Source: Giardia intestinalis (lineage: Eukaryota). From it: DNA of 64,000 nt. The first letter of the stretch is position 1; every line of letters begins with the position of its first letter. The position numbers and the translations under genes were made by a program. Location: the NCBI GenBank assembly GCA_000002435.2, contig CM018792.1. One strand, 5' to 3'. Of this stretch, positions 34,661 through 44,839 are shown in pieces. The notes beneath the pieces are model-generated. The model was not told where the DNA came from. It searched no databases and saw nothing but the letters and a program-made list of their open reading frames with translations.

Positions 34661-37600
34661 ATGGTCAGGAACACAACGCACGAGCTCTATGGAGTGAGAA
34701 TCAGTGGAGAGGTCTATAGCCTTCTCAGAGATCTCAGAGACAATTGCCCCCGCAATCTGGGAAGCGTCGACATCGACGTGGCCATTTCACTGATAACGTG
34801 TAAGAGAAGAGACTTCATTACATCATACGACCAGCTCAACGAAATCGTCGTTCTTTTGTCGAAGGTCTGTGGCGACTCTCGACGCTTCGTAGCTACCAAG
34901 ATAATGAACTACTACGCAACCAACTTTCCATCTAAGGTCGAATCCATTCAGTCCTATATTGCTTATATGCCTACGGATAATCTGGATGGAAAGCAACAAT
35001 CCACAGATGACCAAGCTACTGACAAGACTCAACCCCCGTCGACATCTCTCATTACAGGAATCATAAAGGAAGACGATGATGAAAGCGATGATTTGGATAG
35101 CGAAGTAACGTTAAAAGAGCCTGGGACAATGTCCGCAGGGACAGGAAAGCGGAGTAGGCTATCAAAGATGGCGAAGGGCAATAAGGCCAATCGTGTCCAG
35201 GCAAATGATATCAGCTCATTGAAGCTTTCGACACTTCTTTCCACCCTAGTAGGAAAGCCTATCAAACGTGCTCAGCTTGAGGCCCGCAAAGAGTACACAA
35301 GGCAGATAGACGAGTCCCGTGCCTGTTACGGACGCCCCATTAAGTACGACCTGGAGATTCAAGAGTTAGCTATTCAGGTAATGGAGAGTGAGCTTTTGAC
35401 GACATTTTCCTATCTACAAAAACCGATTGTTGCTCACAGTTCGTCTGAGAGGCGCCATTTTTTCATTCCGGGAAATACATTTCCATTTTGCAGTACATCT
35501 CTCCCCATGGTGTATCCGCCACTTGGGACAATCATGGCAGCCCCAGCTGACTTTCTTTGTCGACCACGATTACCTGGGCGTAGAATCACACGCGAGACAA
35601 CCAAGAGAATCCCGCCCAACGAGGTCAGCTCGTATATTTACGACTCGCATCTCCTAGACTATACCAGACATAACGACACAGACGATCCGTCAGACCTTCG
35701 AGTTGAGTTACGGCCTGCGTGGGCCCAGACGATTGACTTTTCTAAGGCTGCATATGATCTTCCGGGAGAAGTTATGTGGCAGTATCCTATGTACAAGCTA
35801 CTCACACAGAAACCTGTTCCGGAGCATCACTCCCTCATAGATTTAACAGGGTGCTACGTGACTGCAGACGCTCTCTTTGATTCTCTAACGACAGAGTTGA
35901 TAGAGCTTGCTCGTAACGTGGTCAAGTGTGCACGGAAGCGAAGACGACTGGCTTACAGACAAAGATCAGCCAGACGAAAGCGACCAATCAGCCTTCCATC
36001 CATTTTCAATGAGTCACTTTCAAAGGACTCTTTCTCGCCTACAAATGACACTGCCGGGGCAGCTGATGCTTTGGGATCCCATAGTGACCTGCCTCTTTCT
36101 CCTGTTACAGTGGATGACTTGTCAGAAACTAACACGGACGAAGAGACTGATGACTCAGACAGTGATTCACAATCGCTTGGCATTGTCATTCTCAACTTGC
36201 TAGAACGACTGCAAAAGATTATCTTCTTTCCACCTTTCCGCGTCTGTGTAGATCAGCGACATCTAGGGAATGTATCCAGGTACGTTCGATTTGTTGAGAG
36301 CCCGTTTGATGCTACATGTTATGTTAAGGCAGTTGGGGTTTCTGGATCCACCCGTCTGCAACTCCACGCAGCAAAAGATCTGCCAGCTAATGCAGAGCTT
36401 ACACTTCACGCTGGGTCCTTTTCCTGGATTAAGTGTACCTCCGAATTAATGCGTTATCTCTACACTCTCGAAGAATATATTTTGTTCACTGATCAGCTGG
36501 CACTAAGGAGGCCGTGGCAATCTCTTTTACATTGCTCATCGTCAAACGACAATACGGAGTCCACACCTACAATCATGGATTCTGCTATGCTTGTTACTCT
36601 TGTGGAGATGCGACTACGAGAAAGTGCAGCATCCTTACTATCCTTAAAGCAGATTGATCTCGACTTCATGACATGGCTATCTGATCAGCTCTATGATGTG
36701 TCCTATGCCGAAGAGTCCTCTCTCGGTGACTTTCGACAGCTTCACATTAGCCTGGCGAGCGTTCTCGATCCCGCAAATGCCGCTATTAACACCACCAACA
36801 ATCGCTGTACTGTATTAGTCAATCCAAAGAACTTTTTTACGCACAGCACGCATGCACACAGCTGCTCGTTAAATATTGTAACAGCGGATACCAATTTCTC
36901 TATGAACGGATACTACCTTTATCACTTTTTCTTGACGCACAAACTTTTAACCGACAGAGACTCCTTAGATACTCTACAGTCTTCTCTCTTACTTACAAAT
37001 GACCAGCAGCGATCCCTGCTAACCACATTACTTGGGGCGCAACTCACAGCTATCTATACGGATCTTGACGGAGGAACCTCTCCTGTGGCTAAGAGCTTTC
37101 AGACAATCGGCTTTGTGTTGGCTCCACCTGACGCTGACAACTTAGCGGAGAGTGCTCTTCCATTAACCATCAAAGTATTAAAGCATGAAGCTCGCTGCAT
37201 CAGCGTAGACTCCTGTCTGAACAGCAAATCTAGTACATGGCACAGTAGTGTCTGTGTCTTTGTTGTACGGGCAGATGGCACAATCGACACCGTAGAATAT
37301 ATTTTTGCCGAGAAGCTACAGAACTATCTATCACTATTACAAAAGAAAAATCCTACCTACAATTGTTACGAGGTTCCCTTGGATCATTACATCATGGGCA
37401 TAATTAAAGGATACATTGAGACAGCCGCTGTGGGGCCATCTGTTGTAATGAAAACGTTTCCTACCTACTACTCAGCTTGGACGCCGTTTGTGCCTGTTTC
37501 AGAAGTGCAGTCACTCACATTTGACCCGCTACTCACTAGGATTTTCTTTACTATTGCCAAATGCTATAAGAACTATAAAATACTACCGGATCTGGCTGCA

Positions 37601-38425
37601 ACTTTGAACGTGCCATTATCAGTTCCATATAGCTCTTCCTCGGCCGTTCCAGCTACCTCAACTGTCGACAAGGTGCTGCTGCAAGGTGCTCCTCCACATT
37701 CGTTTATCCCAACTGCACTCGATGAACAGATAGACGCGCTTCTTCTGCGATTGATACACCATAACACTTACTTCAACCTGATAAGCTATGGAATGGGGAT
37801 CAGCAAGCATAAGTACGTCGACATGATTAAGGAACTTGTCTCCTCTCCTCTCCACTTCAGTCTTGCTGATACTTGGTCCCATCCTCTGGAGCTTTTCGAC
37901 ATTGCGGCACTTCCCAATACCTTGCAGTTCTTATCGAACTATGTCCTACGGTCAAGAAACGAGGATGTCCAATTTCTTCAGTCGACTCTTCTAGACCTGA
38001 AGGGCTGTAACAAAGAGCATAACTATAAGAGCCACATTCTGGTACAAGAGGCATCCATCTTCTCTGATACAGTTTTGCATATGCTTGCAACAGACATTCT
38101 GGCGTTGTTACACAGCATGCCACCTCTGTCTGGAAAAAATAAGCAGGCCAAGGCGAAGCGCAGCCTCATCCAAAAAGAAGCACTCTGGCCAGGAAGCAAA
38201 GAGTATGCCCCACCAGGATACAACGGACTTTACGCTAGGGCAACGCCCCAGACGACTTACTCTTATCTCACTCCAAGCGACTATCTAAAGAAGTACGGGG
38301 ACGACGTGGTTGATGTATCTTTTACTCCGAAAGCAGTTCTAGTGGACAAGCATTTTTCGTCTCCGGTGATGCAGAGAATTTTTGCGGATGCACGCGCCAC
38401 GTTTCAGAATAAAGTAAAAGCTTGA
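34661..38425 (+). CDS. hypothetical protein, 1254 aa, with a possible divergent SET-like segment
   Basis: The ORF runs to TGA 38423-38425. The ORF-track start at 34613 is a TTG; the first ATG (MVRNTTHELYG) is at 34661. An acidic/Ser-rich N-terminal third is present. Residues HLGNVSRYVRFVESPFDATCYVKAVGVSGSTRLQLHAAKDLPANAELTLHAG loosely resemble the C-terminal half of a SET methyltransferase domain (GNxSRFINHSC...ELTfdY). This is unverified. Confidence 0.55.
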   Translation: MVRNTTHELYGVRISGEVYSLLRDLRDNCPRNLGSVDIDVAISLITCKRRDFITSYDQLNEIVVLLSKVCGDSRRFVATKIMNYYATNFPSKVESIQSYIAYMPTDNLDGKQQSTDDQATDKTQPPSTSLITGIIKEDDDESDDLDSEVTLKEPGTMSAGTGKRSRLSKMAKGNKANRVQANDISSLKLSTLLSTLVGKPIKRAQLEARKEYTRQIDESRACYGRPIKYDLEIQELAIQVMESELLTTFSYLQKPIVAHSSSERRHFFIPGNTFPFCSTSLPMVYPPLGTIMAAPADFLCRPRLPGRRITRETTKRIPPNEVSSYIYDSHLLDYTRHNDTDDPSDLRVELRPAWAQTIDFSKAAYDLPGEVMWQYPMYKLLTQKPVPEHHSLIDLTGCYVTADALFDSLTTELIELARNVVKCARKRRRLAYRQRSARRKRPISLPSIFNESLSKDSFSPTNDTAGAADALGSHSDLPLSPVTVDDLSETNTDEETDDSDSDSQSLGIVILNLLERLQKIIFFPPFRVCVDQRHLGNVSRYVRFVESPFDATCYVKAVGVSGSTRLQLHAAKDLPANAELTLHAGSFSWIKCTSELMRYLYTLEEYILFTDQLALRRPWQSLLHCSSSNDNTESTPTIMDSAMLVTLVEMRLRESAASLLSLKQIDLDFMTWLSDQLYDVSYAEESSLGDFRQLHISLASVLDPANAAINTTNNRCTVLVNPKNFFTHSTHAHSCSLNIVTADTNFSMNGYYLYHFFLTHKLLTDRDSLDTLQSSLLLTNDQQRSLLTTLLGAQLTAIYTDLDGGTSPVAKSFQTIGFVLAPPDADNLAESALPLTIKVLKHEARCISVDSCLNSKSSTWHSSVCVFVVRADGTIDTVEYIFAEKLQNYLSLLQKKNPTYNCYEVPLDHYIMGIIKGYIETAAVGPSVVMKTFPTYYSAWTPFVPVSEVQSLTFDPLLTRIFFTIAKCYKNYKILPDLAATLNVPLSVPYSSSSAVPATSTVDKVLLQGAPPHSFIPTALDEQIDALLLRLIHHNTYFNLISYGMGISKHKYVDMIKELVSSPLHFSLADTWSHPLELFDIAALPNTLQFLSNYVLRSRNEDVQFLQSTLLDLKGCNKEHNYKSHILVQEASIFSDTVLHMLATDILALLHSMPPLSGKNKQAKAKRSLIQKEALWPGSKEYAPPGYNGLYARATPQTTYSYLTPSDYLKKYGDDVVDVSFTPKAVLVDKHFSSPVMQRIFADARATFQNKVKA

Positions 38426-38659
38426 CTAGGTAATATACTGTCATGATGCACGGAAACATGAAGATGCATATGAAAAAGAGGGGTACAATTGCAGCCAGAA
38501 GATACATGGGAATGGAGATGTACCAGCTTAGTGGGACGGTGTGTTTCAGAGTAGAACAGAGAATTAACGATATAAGAGAAAGGTTGATGGTGGTGCGGAC
38601 TATCCTTCGTCTACGAAAGAACCTGTGACGTGACTCCGTTGGGGACAACTCAGAGTCTC

Positions 38660-41212
38660 CTATTCGTATTCTTTTGATATCCAGGCAAACGTGCCCATGT
38701 ACTTGACAAATAGCTCGGCCGTCCTTGTCCATAAAATAAGGCAGAAATTGCTTGTAGACGCAGATACCCGTACGTTATATACATGTCTACAGGGATCAGC
38801 AGCTGACTCTATATACAGGCCCTTAATTTGCAGAAAATAGAGAACGGTATCTATAATTTCTTTTTCGGTCGCTACCTGCTCTGCGCCATTAGTGCAGCAA
38901 CACACTTTTAGTACTTTTTTTACAAAGCTTTGCAGAATTTCCACTACAGACTCTGTCTCATCTACCTTTAATTGAAGAGAAGGAGTCATGCCGTCATCCT
39001 CATCAGCATCATCTAGGCTAACTCTCTTGGCTGACGCCGGCCACTGAAGCCTAAGAATAGGAAGATGGTTACTTGATGCGAAATTTAAAATGGATTCAAA
39101 CCTGGATGTATATTCAGATTTGTTTGTTGCTGGTCTCCCTTCATGCAGTAAAGAACTTCTATATGCAGTTAGTTGATCCAGTAATGCGCTTGCCAGTATT
39201 GCAAGCGAAAACTTCTTCCCAGATAAGTAGTCATTAGAAAAACACTGTATGAGGATGCACTTAACATGATCACGGTTACCAGTGAGTATGGCCACAATAA
39301 AATCTAGCCTGACTAAGAGTGTCAACCTAGAATCCTGATAGGTAGGCTCAAGCGCACATGACCGATAAGCTAGGGGTGGCTCCACGCTAGGATTGGTCTG
39401 AGGCCGTGATACTATCTTGTTCTTGTACATATTGAAGGCAGTTGTTAAGTAGTAAATCAGAAGGACTATAGTAACAAACATCTGCTTGTGCTTTAGAGAC
39501 ACATCCTCTCCGGAGTCGACCATAGCCTGCTTCATATGCTGTGACAAGGAGTTCTTGATATCGTCCTGCTTATCTAAAGAACTTACAGCCCCAAGGAATC
39601 GGCCCAACTGAAAGAATTCTTCTGTGCTAAAGAACGAGGTGTACTTTATCAAGTCGTCCCGAATACGCTGACTACTCATGTCACCAACGCCAACTATCTT
39701 CTCCGGTTTGTCCTGCTCTGTTACCAACTTGAGATGAAGACTCCGCAGCATGTCTGTACTGCTATAGATAAAGTGATAGTCTGCAGGCTGGCCGCGGCGA
39801 CCACACCGGCCTCCATACTGAATCAGCTCGTTGATGGAGAAGCAGCAGCCACAGACAACAACAAAGTTCACGTCGTGAAGGTCAACACCGTGGGAAAGAG
39901 AGCTTGTAGCAACAACAACATCTGCCTTCGCAATTGTGGATAGTGTGTTGTTTGTGGTCGAGTGAAAAGGAAGAGCAGATATCCCTTTACTCTTCAGTAA
40001 CTTGCAGATAGTGACACACTCACCCTTTGTCAAGCAGAAGATAATTCCTTTGCAATCTAAATTACCCTGATTCATGGGTGTAGTGCCACTCTTGGAAACA
40101 TAGTGTTCCGCTTGAGCTAGGCCTCGTTGAAGTACCTCACCTTGATCAGCACACCGAGTAATTATAAATCGAACATTGGACGGTATTATACGATCTATAG
40201 TAAAGTAATATAAACCACTGCCGCTCCATATCCACGATAGTAGTAAATTCCGCTTTGCTTCCGTGAGAGATCCAGACAAGAGGGATAGATTGGTGTGAAA
40301 GATTCTCCGAAGCCAGGATGCCTTCTTACAAACAACAATATAATCCTTTTTAAACAAAAACGCCCAGGTGATAAGTATGTGACACTCATCGACGACAATG
40401 CGGTTCAATCTCTTACTTTGCGCCAATGGGTACCAGACAGTGTCATGTAATATCAGGAACGATTCCGGTGTTGTGTAGATGAGACGCTTGTTGAAGAGAC
40501 CCGTGACAGGTGAGCCTTTGCCATGCTCGGAATCCTTGTTGCAGAGCTCTAGAATGGTCCTATAGTCCATTGCAAAGGGATGGAGCTCCTTTTTAAGATA
40601 ACGTGCCCTGTTATCTTTACCTATGAAGCACCCAACTAGGTCGTGGATAGAGATTGGCAGCTGAGACCCAAGTATGGCCGAGAGGTCTGGCGCATTGGCG
40701 TGTAGAGATGCAAAACTGTGCAGGTGCGACTCAATAATGGATACAAATGGGACAATAACGACTGTGATAGAAGTTTGCAGAAGGGCAGGCAGGATAAAGC
40801 ATACGGACTTTCCAAAACCCGTGGGAAAGTCCACCAGTGCAGACTTTCCGGCTAGGGACGCATGAATAACGGCCTTCTGTTCGGCTCGAAGCTCAGATAT
40901 ACCCATATACATTGCAATTAATCCAGCTTTCTGCATGTCGGCTGATAGATCTGTCCTCTTATCACAAGAACTATAGGCTAGAAGCTCAGGGACGGGATTT
41001 AGACCAACGTATACTTTTGCTATCTTAGCCTCTATATTCTGCATCCTAGCCAGAGTGTTGTGCGGTTTGTTGTTCAGCAAAGCATTTATGGACTGTAAGC
41101 ACTGACATCTTACTTCTTTGTGCAATCGTGTGCCTCGTTCCTGAATAGCCTTTATGCAATGAGGATCCGAGTTAATAATAGCCTCGTAGGAGTCCAAGGC
41201 ATTGCTCAGCAT
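38660..41212 (-). CDS. RecQ-family DNA helicase, about 850 aa
   Basis: Motifs follow RecQ order: motif I VDFPTGFGKSVCFILPALL, TPESF, motif II VVDECHILITWAF, IIFCLTKGECVTICKLLKSKGISALPFHS, ADVVVATSSLSHGVDLHDVNFVV, and QYGGRCGRRGQPA (QxxGRxGR). The ORF-track start at 41233 is a TTG; the first ATG (MLSNALDSYEA) is at 41212-41210. Confidence 0.75.
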   Translation of the reverse strand: MLSNALDSYEAIINSDPHCIKAIQERGTRLHKEVRCQCLQSINALLNNKPHNTLARMQNIEAKIAKVYVGLNPVPELLAYSSCDKRTDLSADMQKAGLIAMYMGISELRAEQKAVIHASLAGKSALVDFPTGFGKSVCFILPALLQTSITVVIVPFVSIIESHLHSFASLHANAPDLSAILGSQLPISIHDLVGCFIGKDNRARYLKKELHPFAMDYRTILELCNKDSEHGKGSPVTGLFNKRLIYTTPESFLILHDTVWYPLAQSKRLNRIVVDECHILITWAFLFKKDYIVVCKKASWLRRIFHTNLSLLSGSLTEAKRNLLLSWIWSGSGLYYFTIDRIIPSNVRFIITRCADQGEVLQRGLAQAEHYVSKSGTTPMNQGNLDCKGIIFCLTKGECVTICKLLKSKGISALPFHSTTNNTLSTIAKADVVVATSSLSHGVDLHDVNFVVVCGCCFSINELIQYGGRCGRRGQPADYHFIYSSTDMLRSLHLKLVTEQDKPEKIVGVGDMSSQRIRDDLIKYTSFFSTEEFFQLGRFLGAVSSLDKQDDIKNSLSQHMKQAMVDSGEDVSLKHKQMFVTIVLLIYYLTTAFNMYKNKIVSRPQTNPSVEPPLAYRSCALEPTYQDSRLTLLVRLDFIVAILTGNRDHVKCILIQCFSNDYLSGKKFSLAILASALLDQLTAYRSSLLHEGRPATNKSEYTSRFESILNFASSNHLPILRLQWPASAKRVSLDDADEDDGMTPSLQLKVDETESVVEILQSFVKKVLKVCCCTNGAEQVATEKEIIDTVLYFLQIKGLYIESAADPCRHVYNVRVSASTSNFCLILWTRTAELFVKYMGTFAWISKEYE

Positions 41213-41343
41213 AAAGGCAAAAACACCAAGCAAAGGTACAAAGCCTCAGCCTCTCGAATTAATATTTACTTTAGAGATCTTTTAGAGTATCAGCGTGCAT
41301 CAACCGTGTCCGGAATTGGGTGCTTCTTCTTGTATAGAATAGT

Positions 41344-42066
41344 ATGTATGTTGCATATATTGCAGGTCACCATGCGCGGCCCTATGGTCTCCCCTCGCCC
41401 CAGGGTGATGACGACGGGGTTTCCGCAACTACTACAGACATACTCAAGTGTTTCCAATTGCATAAGAAAAACCGTCTGTACCGAGAATTTTTTAATTGCA
41501 TCACGCCCCAAATGAGTTCTTCTGGTTTGCTGATACCTCCAGAGCTCCAGACACTGCATGTTGAATTATCGGAATCTGACGGTCCTACTGAAGATGCAGC
41601 GGACCTCCACGCTAAGTCTACCATTGACGAGTCAGCTCCTGCTACAGGAAGTGATCCTTTTCATATCAATCAAAGCACTAACCTCAATGATGGCTTCTCC
41701 TTCACGCAATACTACACTCCCCTTCAGGACGCTGCATTGTCGTTGGATACGCCCATATGCATAGGCCATGTTGAAAGTATTGTTGGAAGCGCCGCTATGG
41801 TCAAGGGCACCCTATCAGCAGCACCTTCTCTAGAGGCAATTGAGGATGCTGATAAGCCTTTCTTCATTGAAGGCGTGGTCTACACTGTCGATGGCGTGCC
41901 CACCGGCCAGATCGTGGATGTTTGGGGAAGCGTTGACAGCCCGATCTATACCATCCAGCTCACAGCCAGCAGTCGTCTGCAGAAAGGCGACAGAGTCCTG
42001 GTGGACCACAGTACTGCAACACGCGCGAAGGTAAACATGGAGAAAAGCGACAGTTCCGATGACTGA
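41344..42066 (+). CDS. Gar1-domain protein, Naf1-like (H/ACA snoRNP assembly factor candidate), 240 aa
   Basis: The ATG is at 41344. An acidic/Ser-rich N-terminal half is followed by IGHVESIVGSAAMVKGT...KPFFIEGVVYTVDGVPTGQIVDVWGSVDSPIYTIQL...LQKGDRVLV. This matches the Gar1/Naf1 barrel pattern (G-V...V-K....e-iGkVdEiFGpv..PyY.v). There is no GAR (Gly-Arg) region, so Naf1 is favoured over Gar1. The true start could instead be the internal MSSSG (ATG 41509). Confidence 0.45.
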   Translation: MYVAYIAGHHARPYGLPSPQGDDDGVSATTTDILKCFQLHKKNRLYREFFNCITPQMSSSGLLIPPELQTLHVELSESDGPTEDAADLHAKSTIDESAPATGSDPFHINQSTNLNDGFSFTQYYTPLQDAALSLDTPICIGHVESIVGSAAMVKGTLSAAPSLEAIEDADKPFFIEGVVYTVDGVPTGQIVDVWGSVDSPIYTIQLTASSRLQKGDRVLVDHSTATRAKVNMEKSDSSDD

Positions 42067-42092
42067 GCAGTTATCTGGAAAACTAGAAAATA

Positions 42093-42551
42093 ATGGCTCC
42101 TTTACGCTCCGTTGTTTGGGCACCCATCCCCTGCTTATCGTCTCTCTTTCCGATGCTCGGCCACTTCGGGATAACAGATAGCGTGGGAGTGATCCATGAC
42201 TTCGGAGGCGACTTCTACATAAATAGGTCTGAGACACACACAATCTTCGGACCACCAACTCTCTACACGCAATTATCAGAGGAATGTTGGTCTGCTATTA
42301 GTGACGAGGAATGGGACAGCGCCCTTTCCATAACTATGGCCAACTATCAAAAGAAACGCTACAACTTCTTCATAAACAATTGTCATCACTTTGTAGCCGC
42401 TGTCCTCAAAACACTATCGTCTGGAAAGAAGAACTATACTATTTTCTCTTTGATCAGAGCGTTTCGGCTGGGCAGGACTGTCAAGAAGATGCCTGGCCAC
42501 AATGCTCCTCCAGCTTCTCACAGCGATGTCCTAGGATGTGAAGACGCATAA
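42093..42551 (+). CDS. TMEM222 / DUF778-family protein, 152 aa
   Basis: The ATG follows aaaactagaaaata. SVVWAPIPCLSSLFPMLGHFGITDSVGVIHDFGG and YNFFINNCHHFVAAVL match, as I recall them, the conserved VVWTPIP...IGHMGI...GVIRDF and CDNCHSHVA blocks of animal TMEM222. Confidence 0.6.
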   Translation: MAPLRSVVWAPIPCLSSLFPMLGHFGITDSVGVIHDFGGDFYINRSETHTIFGPPTLYTQLSEECWSAISDEEWDSALSITMANYQKKRYNFFINNCHHFVAAVLKTLSSGKKNYTIFSLIRAFRLGRTVKKMPGHNAPPASHSDVLGCEDA

Positions 42552-43240
42552 GAGTAGCACAGTTATAGCGTCTATCAGCTCATTTGCTTATTCCTTATAA
42601 TTTGACGTAGAAGTGATGGAAAGTACTAGGTTTACTTGTGACTAAATTCTCAATCACTTGCTCATACTAATTTTTTAATGTACACTTACAATCTTGGAGT
42701 ATCTGTAAATACATTATACTGGTTGAATGCCTATGTAGCTAAATTCATAAAAGCTGTCATACGTTGCGCAGTCATCGTACCATATGGTGAACCGTGAGCA
42801 AACGTTTGTGTACTTTTATGTTAAAATAAGTATATCAGCTCTGCTAATATCTCTCACACGATGGTTGTATCAGCACAACACTACTTCATAATAGGCTGAC
42901 TTGGGAGTTCCTCGCTTGAAAAATCTTAGGCCTAGATCCCGTTTGCATAGGTCTACTCCACACCGGCACCACAAGGATACAATGTGTGTAAATGTGTTAA
43001 CACCTGAGACTCATGGCCGAAGGACATCATGCATAGATCAAAATGCAACTGGTCATCACTATCAAAAAGCCAAAATAGCGGTGACACCTTTCAGCATACA
43101 CAGATGCCAAGTTCTCCGAGAAGTAATCCACCAAAGGTATTGCTGTCGATAATTCGCTAAATTGTTTCTAAGAAATTAGTTACCTAAATAGGAGCTAGAA
43201 AACATAGTGTAGCCACAAAACTATAAAGAGCTGATACATG

Positions 43241-44809
43241 TTAAGCGAGCCCCATTAGGCGAGCCCAGGTTGGATGCGTTGTGGTGTGTGCCGCAAGATC
43301 CATAGGAAGTAAGTAAGGCTTCGGGCCATCGCCAACTTGAATAGAAACCCCCGTGAGATAGGGAAATCCCGTGGCTTCAATAACCAGTTTGCTGAGCAGC
43401 TCGTGACTGTCCTTTTCAAGTGAAAAGAGCAGGCCCTTTATGGATTCAACAGTTGTTTGCAAAGCAATGCTATGTTCAACACGTAAGTTAGACCGTTGAG
43501 GGGTAATGCACTGGCTAAGCTCAGTCGGTGTTATTTTAAGTGGATGGACCAATAACCGTTTAAGGTCAGACGGAGCCATGGAATCCAAAAGGGCATCTAT
43601 TTCACAGTACCACTTAAGTGCAGAGGTATTGATCAGAGACATCACAGGGCCATCCGAATTAAGAGAGTCACTACCTTGCATAGTGTTTTCAATATCGCTA
43701 CTGCTCCTTCCAGGGGAAAGCGGTGCAGTAAAGACAGTCCTGAAGCCGGTCCTAACCTCCCTATAGAACGCCACAAAGGCTTCCCCGGATCTAATACTAT
43801 CCTGAGTTTTTCTAATCAATTTCAGAACATCGGATTTAGATTGTAGCTTAAAAAATAATTTAAACCTTTGATTATATTCAGTGATAGGGAAATCCTCAAC
43901 ACCATGCAACGCTGAGAGTATGTCTTCAGTGCTTAGCTGGATATCGATGGATGAAGAACTGATTGTGTTAGAAATGTTTGCAAGAGATACGACGTCATCG
44001 CGCACTACATCTAAGAGATGCTTTTGGTAGAAGTCATTTTCATTTTGGGATAGCTCACTAGGCTGTACGCGTAACGCTTGATGGACGATTATCGGTGATA
44101 GCTTATACAGTGGCCTCATCGTTGAGCTTTGCTGCTTTCCAGCGCTAAGTTCAAGGCCATTGGAGAAAATAGAGAGAGTTTCTTTTAGAAAATACCGCCC
44201 TCCACAGAGGGCAGCAAACAGATCGTCTGGAAGGACGTCCGGCACCTGTACATTAAACGCTAGAGAGAGTGCAAGCAACCGCCCAAAGATGAAGGGCAGG
44301 CTTGTGGTAGAAGACCGTCTAGGTTGAACATCACGCCCAACTATTGGCACAGGAATCTGAAGTCTCGGGTAGAGTGTTCGATTGTATTCTAAGAAAAGCG
44401 CCGAATCCCTCAGTCCAGTTGCAGAGGAATTTTGGATTATAGATCGCATAATCATTGAAATACCGACTCTAATGTCCTCGTGGCTGCTAAGATGGGGCAT
44501 GTCAGAGAGCGCGAATATCGGTATCTTAATGCTAGGGTCAGAGCTGTCCAAAAATGGAATCAGATCGTCAAACGCAGTCTCCTTGGATATAGAACACTCA
44601 GCAATGCTACTTCGCAGCACCATCAGCTCAATAAAGGCTCTCTTAAGATGAATACAACACTTTGGAAGATTTTGCGCGCATTGATTGGCAAAGGGACTTT
44701 TTGCGAAATGGATCTGTTCGGCTATGGAATACATCTCTAGTCGGTGTGCAACAGACCGGACGAAGGTGTTAGCCTCTTCTGTCGTGATATCCCTTTCAAT
44801 AACTGACAT
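43241..44809 (-). CDS. hypothetical protein, about 522 aa
   Basis: The ORF is uninterrupted. The ORF-track start at 44881 is a TTG; the first ATG (MSVIERDITTEE) is at 44809-44807, immediately preceded by the AT-rich ttttataaaattt that is shared with the divergent gene. Confidence 0.55.
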   Translation of the reverse strand: MSVIERDITTEEANTFVRSVAHRLEMYSIAEQIHFAKSPFANQCAQNLPKCCIHLKRAFIELMVLRSSIAECSISKETAFDDLIPFLDSSDPSIKIPIFALSDMPHLSSHEDIRVGISMIMRSIIQNSSATGLRDSALFLEYNRTLYPRLQIPVPIVGRDVQPRRSSTTSLPFIFGRLLALSLAFNVQVPDVLPDDLFAALCGGRYFLKETLSIFSNGLELSAGKQQSSTMRPLYKLSPIIVHQALRVQPSELSQNENDFYQKHLLDVVRDDVVSLANISNTISSSSIDIQLSTEDILSALHGVEDFPITEYNQRFKLFFKLQSKSDVLKLIRKTQDSIRSGEAFVAFYREVRTGFRTVFTAPLSPGRSSSDIENTMQGSDSLNSDGPVMSLINTSALKWYCEIDALLDSMAPSDLKRLLVHPLKITPTELSQCITPQRSNLRVEHSIALQTTVESIKGLLFSLEKDSHELLSKLVIEATGFPYLTGVSIQVGDGPKPYLLPMDLAAHTTTHPTWARLMGLA

Positions 44810-44839
44810 CCCAAGCCCCCAACGTTTTATAAAATTTGA
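44810..44839. promoter_or_regulatory. 30-bp AT-rich bidirectional initiator region between divergent genes
   Basis: The sequence cccaagcccccaacgttttataaaatttga lies between the ATG at 44809 (minus strand) and the ATG at 44840 (plus strand). Such short AT-rich initiators are what Giardia-type promoters are known to look like. Confidence 0.5.
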
